Shown here one piece after another: positions 17,933-27,459 of a DNA stretch of 56,792 bases. The stretch covers positions 3,564,787 through 3,621,578 of the forward strand of contig NZ_CP051168.1 of NCBI RefSeq assembly GCF_016446395.1, read 5' to 3'. Below the pieces are notes generated by a model. It ran no database searches. It saw nothing but the letters and a program-made list of their open reading frames with translations, and was not told the DNA's origin. Position numbers and translations under genes: made by a program. The DNA comes from [Phormidium] sp. ETS-05 (lineage in GTDB: Bacteria > Cyanobacteriota > Cyanobacteriia > Cyanobacteriales > Laspinemataceae). Positions within the stretch are counted from its first letter, which is position 1; the number at the start of each line of letters is the position of its first letter.

Positions 17933-17973
17933 AAAGCCGAAACCTCTACAGCATAAAGGTTTCGGCTTTTTTT
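17933..17973. terminator. Bidirectional intrinsic terminator between array 1 and tRNA-Phe
   Basis: aaagccgaaacc-tctacagcataa-ggtttcggcttt followed by T5 on the plus strand and A-rich on the other. Lies downstream of both the array (+) and the tRNA (-). Confidence 0.6.
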
Positions 17974-17980
17974 GGTGGAA

Positions 17981-18053
<73 letters not shown>

Positions 18054-18064
18054 TTAACTTTCTC

Positions 18065-18093
18065 ATGCTTAATTAGCATAACTCAATAATTCC
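18065..18093 (-). promoter_or_regulatory. Putative sigma70-type promoter of tRNA-Phe (-35 TTGACA, 17-nt spacer, -10 TATGCT)
   Basis: The minus-strand sequence TTGACAagctggaattattgagtTATGCT ends about 12 nt upstream of the tRNA 5' end. Confidence 0.45.
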
Positions 18094-18152
18094 AGCTTGT
18101 CAACCCCTATTTCAAAAAATTTTTTGGGGGGATGCTGAGCCTAGAACTACAC

Positions 18153-18204
<52 letters not shown>

Positions 18205-18277
18205 TTCATTTTTCATGCTTAACCGGCATAAAATTTTTTTGGGGACGTGGAACCCTGGTCCCACGCCCCTTTTACCT

Positions 18278-18730
18278 CTAGATAGGACGCAGGCGGGTGA
18301 CTTTGAGCTGGAACTCACCCACGCCGCCTTCCCCGAAAGCCCGCACTCGGACGATGTAATCGCCAGCGGTGGTAATACGGGAGAAAAGGAGAGAGTTGGT
18401 GGTGCCGTCCGGACCGTCGTCATTTTCGGCTACGGTGGTGCCGTCGGGACCGAGGAGAGAGACGATCGTATCGAAGCTCTCCGAGAGCAAGTCGATCGCC
18501 ACTTGGTCGCCCTCTTGCAGCTTCACCACATAATCACGCGCAAACCCGCCTTGCCCAGTGGGGATGTCTTTTTCCGTAAGGATATCGGTAATCTCCTTTT
18601 TCCCCTCCATCGAGACGGGGTTGTACATATTCTGGGCATTGACTTTCAGCGCCCCCATGCCCAAAGCCACCACAGCGGCGGGAATAATCAGGAGCTGACG
18701 GGATTTCATCGCAAGGGCAGTTAAATTCAT
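18278..18730 (-). CDS. Secreted protein with a bacterial pre-peptidase C-terminal (PPC)-like domain
   Basis: Signal peptide MNLTALAMKSRQLLIIPAAVVALGMGALKVNAQ. The beta-rich C-terminus (GDQVAIDLLSESFDTIVSLLGPDGTTVAENDDG ... GDYIVRVRAFG) resembles PPC domains. Confidence 0.5.
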   Translation of the reverse strand: MNLTALAMKSRQLLIIPAAVVALGMGALKVNAQNMYNPVSMEGKKEITDILTEKDIPTGQGGFARDYVVKLQEGDQVAIDLLSESFDTIVSLLGPDGTTVAENDDGPDGTTNSLLFSRITTAGDYIVRVRAFGEGGVGEFQLKVTRLRPI

Positions 18731-18902
18731 GGAAAAACTCTATATAGGAAACTCGAGTAACTCTAACAAAAAGATACTGAAACCAATGATGCTCGTCGGG
18801 GAGGTAGTGGGAGACGGGGAACCTGATGCCCGGAAATTATCCCGATCGCGGCGAAATTTAGCATAAAATTGTTACCGCTGGTATGGGAGTAGGAGTGTTA
18901 GG

Positions 18903-21488
18903 GTGAAACAGCAAGATAACCGAATGCTTCACAGACCGATCGGCTCGCCAAATCTGCTCCCCTTAGTGCTGCTGTGGTTGGTGGCGGCGGTAGCCGATCG
19001 CCTGTGGTTTGCCCTAGACAAATCCATCCCCGGTTGGGACCAAGCGGACTATCTCACCGGCGCCCTCAACTACTGGCGTGCCCTCCAAACCCCCCAATGG
19101 CTAGACCCCCAGTGGTGGCAAAACCTATGGTTGCTCTCCTCAAAAATCCCACCCGGCACCTACATCGCCACCGCCGCCATCCACAACATCTTTGGCACCG
19201 GAGCCCATGCCGCCACCCTCATCAACCTATGCTTTAGCGCCATTCTATTATATGCAGTGTTTGGACTCGGCACCAAGCTATTTAACCCTACCGTCGGCTG
19301 GTGGGCAGCCCTATTCTGCCTCATCTTCCCCGGCTTACTCCTCATCCGCTTAGACTTCCTACTAGACTATCCCCTCACCGCCACTTGCACCCTCGCCTTT
19401 TACCTCCTCACCCTGTGGCGCAGCAGCGAACCATCAACCCGTACCGCATGGCTGCTGGCGATCGGATTTGGTTTCACCCTCGGAGCCGCCCTCATGGTGA
19501 AACAAACCGCCATCCTATTCTTACTCATCCCCTGCCTCTGGGCAATCATCACCACCATTCGCCGCCGCCAAGTAGGGGCAAACCCCCCGTGGTTGCCCCT
19601 AGTCCAACTCGGAATATCATTCCTCATCGCCTTAGTCATAACCTACCCCTGGTATCGCACCAACTGGCTACTCATACTCACCGGCAGCAAACGCGCCACC
19701 GTCGATGCTGCCATAGCCGAAGGAGACCCAGCCCTCAACACCCTAGCCGCCTGGACCCACTACCTGCAACTGCTGCCCGAGCAAATCTCCTGGCCCTTAT
19801 TGCTCATCCCCTTACTCGCAGCCCTCCTCTATGGCAGGAGGCGACCCCAAGCCGAACTAGAGTCACTGCAATGGCTGGCAGGTTTCTGGCTCGGAGCCTA
19901 TCTGCTCTGCAGCCTGAATCTTAATAAAGATTTTCGCTATGTGCTGCCCTACCTACCCATCATGGCCGTATTTCTAGCCCAGTGTTTCACCCTTTGGCCC
20001 GGTTCTTGGGGGCGATCGTTGCGCTTTGGCACAGTAGCAGCAGCAACATTGATGCTCATACCTTCAGTTTGGCCCACAGATAGTTTGGCAGAACTAGCAG
20101 GAACCCATCGCGCCTATACTGGACCATCGTGGCCACACGCCAAAGTAGTGCAAGCAGTAGTAGAAGCAGACCCCTACCTGCAAGCCAACATAGGCGTACT
20201 ACCTTCCACCCTAGAAGTGAACCAGCACAATATTAACTACTATGGCGCCCAGGCAGATTTTCAGGTGTATGGGCGACAAGTGGGGACGCGGAGCAAAGAT
20301 GTGGCAAAAGATGCGCGGTCTATGTCCTGGTTTATCACCAAAACTGGTCCCCAAGGTTCCGTCCCCTCGGCGCAGCCAGAGATGGTGACTGCAGTGGAAA
20401 AGTCTAGCGATTTCCGCCTATACCGCAGTTGGCCATTGCCAGATAATACCACCCTCAATCTCTACCGCCGCCAGTTCAGAAATGTGCGGGTTGTGCCATT
20501 GCCAGAAACACCCAGCCGCAACCAAGTGCAGTTAGAGCGGGTGATAGTACCGCCGCGAGTCCCCCCGGGAATACCAGTTCCCGTAACATATCAGTGGTTG
20601 GGACCGGCTGAAGAGTTGCAACAGGGTTTAGTGTTGTTGGACTGGGTGCCCGTGGGGGATAGTAGTAGTAGTGGCTGGTGGAGCGATCGAGCCATTGGTA
20701 GAGGCATCTTGCACCTGCAAAACCAACTCTCCCAAGCCCAAGTCATAGAAACCACCGCCATACTCCCCCCCGCCGCTACCCCACCGGGCAAATACACCCT
20801 CACCGCCACCTACCTGCACCGCCACAGCAAAACCACATATCCCCTGAAAATACCTCCAGTCACCCTAGAAATTGACCCCAACGCCTTACCCGCAGTCGCC
20901 CCAGAACCAGAACTAATCACCCAACTGCAAACATTAGCCACCGCTCTCCCCAACGGACCCAATGCCCTCGGTCCCGTATTCGACGAAGTAGGACGCATCG
21001 CCCAATATGACCCCACCCAAGACTACCTACGTCAAGCCGAATTAACCTTAGCCCACCGACTGCAACAACAGCCAAACAATCTATCCATTGCCTATAATTT
21101 GAGTTTGGCGAGAGTATTGCGGCGAGACGCCTCTGGGGCCGCCGCCGCATTACAGCGCGTCACCGAGCTAGACCCAAAAAACCCCTATGCCCATGCCTAT
21201 CTTGCCTTTGTTAATCTTTACGATTGGCGACCTTTTGCCGCCGCCGCTCCCCTCAAAACCGCCCTGGAACTAGCACCCCAGAGCCAAGAAATCCAAATTC
21301 TCGCCGCCGTGGGCGCCCTGATGCGGGGAAATCCCTTTCAAACCTGGCATTATCTCCAAGATTTTATCCCATCTGGGGTTAAATTAGTAGTTAAGTTTAT
21401 CCTGGGCGCATCGTTACTGTTGGTGATTGTGCTAATGACTATAATTATCACCAAATTTATGAAAAATAGCAGCAGTATCAAAATCTAA
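18903..21488 (+). CDS. Integral membrane glycosyltransferase-like protein (GT39/ArnT-PMT-like N-terminal region with about 10 transmembrane helices) with a C-terminal TPR-like region and a final transmembrane anchor
   Basis: N-terminus DRLWFALDKSIPGWDQADYLTGALNYWRAL followed by many hydrophobic helices. C-terminal TPR-like helices (AYNLSLARVL ... NPYAHAYLAFVNLY). GTG start. The palindromic element at 19577-19608 is embedded in frame. Confidence 0.5.
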   Translation: MKQQDNRMLHRPIGSPNLLPLVLLWLVAAVADRLWFALDKSIPGWDQADYLTGALNYWRALQTPQWLDPQWWQNLWLLSSKIPPGTYIATAAIHNIFGTGAHAATLINLCFSAILLYAVFGLGTKLFNPTVGWWAALFCLIFPGLLLIRLDFLLDYPLTATCTLAFYLLTLWRSSEPSTRTAWLLAIGFGFTLGAALMVKQTAILFLLIPCLWAIITTIRRRQVGANPPWLPLVQLGISFLIALVITYPWYRTNWLLILTGSKRATVDAAIAEGDPALNTLAAWTHYLQLLPEQISWPLLLIPLLAALLYGRRRPQAELESLQWLAGFWLGAYLLCSLNLNKDFRYVLPYLPIMAVFLAQCFTLWPGSWGRSLRFGTVAAATLMLIPSVWPTDSLAELAGTHRAYTGPSWPHAKVVQAVVEADPYLQANIGVLPSTLEVNQHNINYYGAQADFQVYGRQVGTRSKDVAKDARSMSWFITKTGPQGSVPSAQPEMVTAVEKSSDFRLYRSWPLPDNTTLNLYRRQFRNVRVVPLPETPSRNQVQLERVIVPPRVPPGIPVPVTYQWLGPAEELQQGLVLLDWVPVGDSSSSGWWSDRAIGRGILHLQNQLSQAQVIETTAILPPAATPPGKYTLTATYLHRHSKTTYPLKIPPVTLEIDPNALPAVAPEPELITQLQTLATALPNGPNALGPVFDEVGRIAQYDPTQDYLRQAELTLAHRLQQQPNNLSIAYNLSLARVLRRDASGAAAALQRVTELDPKNPYAHAYLAFVNLYDWRPFAAAAPLKTALELAPQSQEIQILAAVGALMRGNPFQTWHYLQDFIPSGVKLVVKFILGASLLLVIVLMTIIITKFMKNSSSIKI

Positions 21489-21760
21489 ATGTCACTTGTC
21501 ATTTGTCCTTTGTCACTTGTCATTTGTCCCTTGTCCTTTGTCACTTGTCATTTGTCCCTTGTCACTTGTCCCTTGTTCGCTTGTATCAATAAACAAAGGA
21601 CGAAGGACAAAGGACAAAGCCTGCCCTGAGCCTGTCGAAGGGGACAAATGACCAATGACCAATGACCAATGACAAATGACAAATGACCAATGACAAAGGA
21701 CTAATGACAAATGACCAAGGACAAAGGACAAATGACCAATGACCAATGACAAAGGAACAA
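21488..21760. repeat. Dyad-symmetric heptamer repeat block (TTTGTCA-type arm, central CTTGTTCGCTTGTATCAATAAACAAA core, GGACAAA/TGACCAA-type arm)
   Basis: The left arm is the reverse complement of the right arm. The same central core recurs at 47869-47905. Confidence 0.85.
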
Positions 21761-21765
21761 GTTTT

Positions 21766-22050
21766 ATGTCTTTACCTCCCGCAGTTGCCGAAGTTCTCCT
21801 AAAACTGGCCAAAGATACTGCTTTAGACCTGAAAACCAAACTAGCAGAAACTGCCCCTAACGATAAAATCAAGGCAGACCCGCGTTATCTCCCAGCAATT
21901 GCTGCCTACGCCGGGGGGGAAACCGACGGCAAGGAGCTAAGCCAAACCATGATGAAATTGCTCTGGGAGTGGCAGGCACCCAAAATCGCCCTTAAGTGGG
22001 CAGAAATAGCAGAAATATGGGATAAAAAAATAATTGGTTTGGGCTATTGA
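21766..22050 (+). CDS. Small hypothetical protein (about 94 aa)
   Basis: An ATG at 21766 with AAGGA 11 nt upstream. The track's upstream extension lies inside the repeat block. The stop overlaps the next gene's start (TTGA). Confidence 0.45.
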   Translation: MSLPPAVAEVLLKLAKDTALDLKTKLAETAPNDKIKADPRYLPAIAAYAGGETDGKELSQTMMKLLWEWQAPKIALKWAEIAEIWDKKIIGLGY

Positions 22051-23648
22051 GCTGGCAGGCAACCGAACAGCTTTGGCAACAGGCGCAGCAGCATCATCAC
22101 TTACTGATTTTAACCGCTCCTCTCCGAGTTAGTAAAAGCTGTCCGCGCACTTTTCGGGAAGACCTGCCTATAGAGCTGACGGCGGAATTGCGGAGATTTT
22201 TACACCAACAGTATCCCCTAGGGAGTCCATCATCGCCGGTGGATTTTTGCGCTGACTATTTCACGAAACCAATTTCACCAGCGGATGTGGGTAAATTGCG
22301 AGAATTTTGGCAACCGATACCGGCAGTAATATTATCTCTAAGTATCACGGATTATAAAGCATATTTCCAAGTGGGGTTTTGGGGCGTGGATGGGAACATG
22401 GCCTCAATATATGACTTGCCCGGTTGGAATTGGTTGGAGGCCAAACAGGAATTAGAACAAACTGGGTTTAAGCGGGATGAAGCTCTGCGGAAAATTAGGG
22501 AAATTTTGGTGGAAATGAGCAAATTGCTGGGAGCGTTTGTGACGGATTGGCATTACCTACAGCTCAATCCAGCTTATCAGCCTCAGTTATACCGTTTGGT
22601 GACACAGCTTGGTCATTGGGGGCAGTCTTTTGCTGATGTTTTGCGCTCTTATCAGGCGGAAATCAGACCAATTCGCCACCGGGCAAAAACCGAGATAGAT
22701 ATTGGGAAAGTCACATCGTTTAAATGCGTGCAAACCTTGACGGGACATGATAGCTGGGTGGAGTCATTGGCCATTAGCCCTGATGGCAGAACTTTAGTCA
22801 GCGGTGGCTATGATAATACGATTAAAGTTTGGGGATTAGGGGGGGATACGTCCAGATCAGGATATGGGAAATTAATCCGCACGCTTTTGGGGCATGGGAG
22901 TACGGTTTATGGGCTTTCTTTCACGCCAAATGGTCAGCTTTTAGTGAGCGGTAGTGATGATAATACGATTAAAATCTGGGATTGGCAGAGTGGGGAATTA
23001 ATCAGAACTCTCACGGGACGTTTTGCTAAAGTGCAAGCGGTGGCAATTAGCCCCGATGGCCAAACTTTGGTGAGTGGCAATGATGACCGGACGGTGAAAA
23101 TTTGGCATTTGGCCACGGGAGAGTTGCGGGAGACGTTAACGGGACATGGGACGAAGGTGGTAACGGTGGCTATTAGTCCTGATGGGGAAAAAATTGTCAG
23201 TGGTGGGGAAGACCGGACGGTGAAAATCTGGGATTTGAAGGGTGGGCAGTTAATCCGCAGTCTCACGGGTCCAGTTGGGGCGGTGTATTCCGTGGCGATC
23301 GCCCCAGACGGGCAAAAAATCGTCAGTGGTGGAGCGGACCATAGTATCCATGTTTGGGATTTAGAAACTGGGGAGTTGATTCGCATCCTCAACGGTCGTG
23401 CGGGAGCGGTTTATTGCGTCGCCATTAGTCCTGATGGTAACACCCTCGCCAGTTGTGACTATAGCACGGATTCTCATAATTACACCGATGCCGCGATCGA
23501 ACTCTGGCACCTCCCCACGGGAAAGGCTCTGCACACCCTCAAAGGTCACGATAGCCGGATTTTCTCCGTCGTCTTCAGTCCTGATGGCAATACTATTGTC
23601 AGTGCTAGTGCCGATCGAACTATAAAAATCTGGCGCTCTGATTCCTAG
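22047..23648 (+). CDS. WD40-repeat protein with an uncharacterised N-terminal domain of about 240 aa
   Basis: Seven canonical WD40 blades in the C-terminal 300 aa (GH...VxSGGxDxTIKIWD repeated). N-terminal region without recognisable motifs. Start uncertain (TTG at 22047 or an internal ATG). Confidence 0.7.
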   Translation: MSWQATEQLWQQAQQHHHLLILTAPLRVSKSCPRTFREDLPIELTAELRRFLHQQYPLGSPSSPVDFCADYFTKPISPADVGKLREFWQPIPAVILSLSITDYKAYFQVGFWGVDGNMASIYDLPGWNWLEAKQELEQTGFKRDEALRKIREILVEMSKLLGAFVTDWHYLQLNPAYQPQLYRLVTQLGHWGQSFADVLRSYQAEIRPIRHRAKTEIDIGKVTSFKCVQTLTGHDSWVESLAISPDGRTLVSGGYDNTIKVWGLGGDTSRSGYGKLIRTLLGHGSTVYGLSFTPNGQLLVSGSDDNTIKIWDWQSGELIRTLTGRFAKVQAVAISPDGQTLVSGNDDRTVKIWHLATGELRETLTGHGTKVVTVAISPDGEKIVSGGEDRTVKIWDLKGGQLIRSLTGPVGAVYSVAIAPDGQKIVSGGADHSIHVWDLETGELIRILNGRAGAVYCVAISPDGNTLASCDYSTDSHNYTDAAIELWHLPTGKALHTLKGHDSRIFSVVFSPDGNTIVSASADRTIKIWRSDS

Positions 23649-23708
23649 AGAACCAGCCACAAAGGCAGAATTACGGGTAAAATAATTGTTGCAACAACTA
23701 GGTAAATT

Positions 23709-24656
23709 ATGCGCGAACTTTATCCCCCCATTCAACCATATAACCAAGGCAACTTAAAAGTTTCCGATATTCACACCATCTATTTTGAAGAATGCGGCAA
23801 CCCCCAAGGCAAACCGGCAGTATTTTTACACGGCGGTCCTGGCGGTGGCAGTATTGCCGCTTATCGCCAGTTTTTCCACCCCAATAAATGGCGGGTAGTA
23901 TTGTTTGACCAGCGGGGATGCGGTCGCAGCACCCCCCACGCCGAATTAGAAGAAAATACTACCTGGAATTTGGTTAAAGATATTGAAACAATTCGCCAGC
24001 ATTTGGGAATTGATAGTTGGGTAGTAGTCGGGGGCAGTTGGGGCAGCACATTGGCTTTAGCCTATAGCCAAACCCATCCAGAGCGCTGTCAAGGATTGAT
24101 TCTGCGCGGCATATTTATGGTGCGCTCAAAGGAAATCCGTTGGTTTTACCAAGAAGGCACCAGTTATATTTTTCCTGATGCTTGGGAAGAGTATCTCAAA
24201 CCCATTCCCGAAGCTGAAAGACACGATATGGTAGCCGCTTATTATCGCCGCTTGACCAGTGCCGATCGAGCCATCCGCCTAGAAGCAGCTCGCGCCTGGT
24301 CTATTTGGGAAGGCAGCACCAGCAAATTAATCCCCGACAACCAAAGCATCCAGAGATTTGGTCAAGATTATTTTGCCGAAGCCTTTGCCCGCATCGAATG
24401 CCATTATTTCATCAACAACTGTTTCCTAGAACAACCAGACCAACTGCTGCAAAATGTCCCCCGTATCAGTCACCTCCCCGGGGTCATTATCCACGGACGC
24501 TATGACGTAGTTTGTCCCCTCACTTCCGCTTGGGAACTCCACCGCGCATGGCCGAAATCAGAATTACACATTATCCCTGATGCCGGTCATTCTATGTTTG
24601 AACCCGGTATCCTCAGCGCCATTATTGAAGCTACGGATAAATTTGCGCAAATGTAA
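23709..24656 (+). CDS. pip: Proline iminopeptidase (prolyl aminopeptidase, S33 family)
   Basis: 315 aa alpha/beta hydrolase. HGGPGGGS oxyanion motif. GGSWGSTLALAY nucleophile elbow. C-terminal His in IIPDAGHS. Confidence 0.88.
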   Translation: MRELYPPIQPYNQGNLKVSDIHTIYFEECGNPQGKPAVFLHGGPGGGSIAAYRQFFHPNKWRVVLFDQRGCGRSTPHAELEENTTWNLVKDIETIRQHLGIDSWVVVGGSWGSTLALAYSQTHPERCQGLILRGIFMVRSKEIRWFYQEGTSYIFPDAWEEYLKPIPEAERHDMVAAYYRRLTSADRAIRLEAARAWSIWEGSTSKLIPDNQSIQRFGQDYFAEAFARIECHYFINNCFLEQPDQLLQNVPRISHLPGVIIHGRYDVVCPLTSAWELHRAWPKSELHIIPDAGHSMFEPGILSAIIEATDKFAQM

Positions 24657-24760
24657 CATAAACCAAGGCAGCTTGTCCCTTGTCCAGCAGTCACCTGTTA
24701 CTTGGTACGGGCTGTTCTTGATTAATCTCTCTGGCCACTTCTATCCTTTAAAAATCAGCT

Positions 24761-25843
24761 CTAAGGACCAACTTGTGGATACTGCTCCGGCGGGACGAAA
24801 TTGCCATCGCAGTTAAATTTTGCCCGATAATTTACTAGCTCAAATTTATTCCCATCAAACCGATATTCCGATAAGGCACCGCAATCACCAATTCCCCGAA
24901 ACTTCGTGAATACAGTTAACTGCCTCTGCCCTTCATCATAAGTAGCCAGTCCCCCAATATTGTGAACCTCGTTTCTAGTCGTTTTCCCATCTTCTTCGCG
25001 ATATTCTACTAGGTTTAGCGGTTTTACGTCAACGCCGCTAGCTGTGTTAGTCTTCTGATACAGCCAAAATTCAACGCTGGGCTGATAGGCTGCCAAAAAG
25101 CATCCCACCTTGACTAAATATTTTTGCTCATCAATTTGATAAACCTCAGAAGCAGTCCGGGAATACTCTTCATTCAGGGAAGCTGCGCAAAGATTTAAGG
25201 TGTCTTTATTAGAGTAAAAATATGCTAAAATATTAGCATTATCCTCCGATGTCGCCGCTGGACTTCCTTGGGCAATTGGCACCATTTCCTGCCGCATCAA
25301 CCTGGTGTTATCTTGGAACACATTCAGGTACATCGGTTCACTACTACCCTCTGTCCAAGAAATGGAATAAGTGTAACCTTTGTTTTCCCAACTAAATCCC
25401 CGCTGTCCCCCATCTCGCCACCCGGTGCCGCCATCTAATTCTAAGCAGTTGCCTTTGGCATCGCAACCCCGATACACATTCCCCCGTTGGTCATCCATGC
25501 CTAAAGTAATGGTAAATTCTCCCGCTTTGTAGGTTTGGGCGGCAATTTGTTCAAAATTCATCTCGCCGCTGGGAGATTGGGCAGTATTAAGGTTAGTTGC
25601 TGGTGTGGGGGGTTCCGTGGAGCAGGCGGCTGGGGTATCGCTAGCGGCGGCTCCAGTGGCACAGTCGGCGGCGGTATTGCTGGCGGCGGCGGGGGTATTG
25701 CTGGCGGCGGCGGTATTGTTGGCGGTGGCGGGGGTATTGCTGCTGGTTGCCGTGGGTGGTGATGGCGGCTGTGCCGCACAGGCAGCGGTGAAATACACTA
25801 AAGCAGCAGATAAAACCGCTCTGAATAGTTGAAGTTTAGGCAT
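24761..25843 (-). CDS. Secreted (possibly lipo-)protein with an Ala/Thr/Pro-rich linker and a C-terminal domain of unknown function
   Basis: Signal peptide with Cys (LVYFTAACAAQ). 70-aa low-complexity PT/A-rich region. Several Cys pairs in the globular part. Confidence 0.5.
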   Translation of the reverse strand: MPKLQLFRAVLSAALVYFTAACAAQPPSPPTATSSNTPATANNTAAASNTPAAASNTAADCATGAAASDTPAACSTEPPTPATNLNTAQSPSGEMNFEQIAAQTYKAGEFTITLGMDDQRGNVYRGCDAKGNCLELDGGTGWRDGGQRGFSWENKGYTYSISWTEGSSEPMYLNVFQDNTRLMRQEMVPIAQGSPAATSEDNANILAYFYSNKDTLNLCAASLNEEYSRTASEVYQIDEQKYLVKVGCFLAAYQPSVEFWLYQKTNTASGVDVKPLNLVEYREEDGKTTRNEVHNIGGLATYDEGQRQLTVFTKFRGIGDCGALSEYRFDGNKFELVNYRAKFNCDGNFVPPEQYPQVGP

Positions 25844-25924
25844 TTGGCTCTACCGGATATAATAAAAAGTTGAATTTTCCTGAGTCTGGGGCAATCATCA
25901 CCCGATTGTTACTCGGCTCCATCC

Positions 25925-26075
25925 AATCTTATCACTAAAAAAGGTTTGTAGTTGGGCTTTAGCCCAAAAAAAGGTTCGTAGTTGGGCTTCAGCCCAAAAT
26001 TCGGTTTGTAGTTGGGCTTCAGCCCAAAAAAAGGTTCGTAGTTGGGCTTTAGCTCAAAAAAAGGTTTGTACATTT
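25925..26075. repeat. Five tandem copies of a 27-28-bp unit, each carrying a GGGCTTyAGCCC mini-hairpin
   Basis: aaaaaaggtt(t/c)gtagttgggctt(t/c)agccc x5, intergenic between two minus-strand genes. The 83-aa ORF across it is a repeat translation. Confidence 0.85.
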
Positions 26076-26156
26076 TTGACTTACCCCTACCGGAATACAT
26101 CTTTTGTGGGGGGCGAACCTCGATTCGCCCCTTCTGTGCTTTGGGTATCTCTTGCC

Positions 26157-27317
26157 TCAATTTACCCCTAAGATTTTGCAGTTAACCAAATAGGGGGAGT
26201 CAAAATTGGTCATTTCTCCAGCAGTTTTACCGGGAATCAACAGCAACCGAGCTGATAGGGGTTTGTTCAGTTTAATTGCTAAACTGGCAATATCGAGTAA
26301 AATCGCTTCTATCTGAACTTCGGTGATATCTCCTGGTAGGGGTACGGTGTCTAAGCCACAACCGCAGACGGCAGAATATAATAGGAGGTTGGTGATATTG
26401 TAGGTTGACTCGTTGGCTCTCTGCGCTAGTCCCACATCTTCGCAGACTGGGAGCATTAAACCTGAGTAACCGCAGGTTTTCACGGACAGGTTTTTTAACA
26501 CTCCGGTGATGAGAGCGGAAATGGTGAGGGTTCCTGGATGTCCGAATTTGCCTAAACCGAGATTTTCATAAGCAAAGGCGAGACTTTCTGTGGGGTTGAG
26601 GGAGGGAGCTACTGAGGCGTCGATACCGCCATAGGTGATGTTAAGGGTGGTGGCGATTTCTGTGGCGATTTCGGTGGCGATCGTCTCTACTTTCCTCAAC
26701 TCTTCCTCAAACAGTATTTTCAGCTTGTCCCCTGCGGTTTCCAGGTTGTGTGTCGCCGCAAAGGCTTGGCTCACCAAGTCGCTGCACTCTAACCCAATGG
26801 CAAACATCGTTTCCCCCTGGTGATAAGATACGGGGAAAAAGGGAATTCTCGGCGGACAGTTTGCCGCCGCACAAAAGCGAAAATTACCGAAACCATTGGC
26901 GGTTTCCTGCGCCATCCTTTTGATTGCCACCGCCGCTGCTAAGGCATTTTCCCAGTTAATCCCTTCCACCGCATCCCCAATATGGCAGGAACTATATACA
27001 ATTGAGGTATTTTTATTGATTTCCGGGATTAAGGCAATTTCCGTAGGCGTCATTGCCGGACCAATATTGAAAAAATTCACTCCTAATTCTTGACAATATT
27101 TTTCAATATTGGCAAGTTCCTGTACTGCCTCCACGGGATATAATCCGGTTAAATACTCTCCCCAAGGATTAGTAGCGATTCTGGTGGTTTGCACCACATA
27201 TCCCCGTTGCTGAAAAATATCTTTTGCCTGCTGATTAAACTCAGCCGCTTGGCGGATTTTGTCGGTTTCTCCGCTATCTCTAAGGGATACACCGGTGGTG
27301 ATTGTCCTAATTTTCAT
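26157..27317 (-). CDS. Conserved hypothetical protein, possibly DUF711/UPF0210-like
   Basis: 386-aa soluble protein starting MKIRTITTGVSL. Assignment is from memory of the family's N-terminus only. Confidence 0.35.
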   Translation of the reverse strand: MKIRTITTGVSLRDSGETDKIRQAAEFNQQAKDIFQQRGYVVQTTRIATNPWGEYLTGLYPVEAVQELANIEKYCQELGVNFFNIGPAMTPTEIALIPEINKNTSIVYSSCHIGDAVEGINWENALAAAVAIKRMAQETANGFGNFRFCAAANCPPRIPFFPVSYHQGETMFAIGLECSDLVSQAFAATHNLETAGDKLKILFEEELRKVETIATEIATEIATTLNITYGGIDASVAPSLNPTESLAFAYENLGLGKFGHPGTLTISALITGVLKNLSVKTCGYSGLMLPVCEDVGLAQRANESTYNITNLLLYSAVCGCGLDTVPLPGDITEVQIEAILLDIASLAIKLNKPLSARLLLIPGKTAGEMTNFDSPYLVNCKILGVN

Positions 27318-27364
27318 GGCAAATTATCTGAAGCACCCTCTATTTTATCTGATTTTAGCATTTT

Positions 27365-27450
27365 TTACTGGTTATTTGTCACTGGTGATTTGTCATTTGT
27401 CCTTTGTCATTTGAGGCAGAACAAGTGACAAAGGACAAATGACAAAGGAC
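27365..27450. repeat. Dyad-symmetric heptamer repeat block
   Basis: tttgtcactggtgatttgtcatttgtcctttgtcatttgaggcagaacaagtgacaaaggacaaatgacaaaggacaaa. Confidence 0.85.
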
Positions 27451-27459
27451 AAACTGCAA

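Noticed and set aside
18215-18262. Hairpin GGGGACGTGGAACCCTGGTCCCACGCCCC as a terminator of the PPC gene
   Set aside because: The stem is imperfect, and the T-tract is on the wrong side for a minus-strand transcript. Left unannotated.
18215-18724. 169-aa plus-strand ORF
   Set aside because: Fully antisense to the better-supported secreted PPC-domain gene, and has no motifs.
25909-26160. 83-aa ORF with a PNYKPFFGLK-type repetitive peptide
   Set aside because: It is the translation of five 27-bp tandem DNA repeats in an intergenic region.
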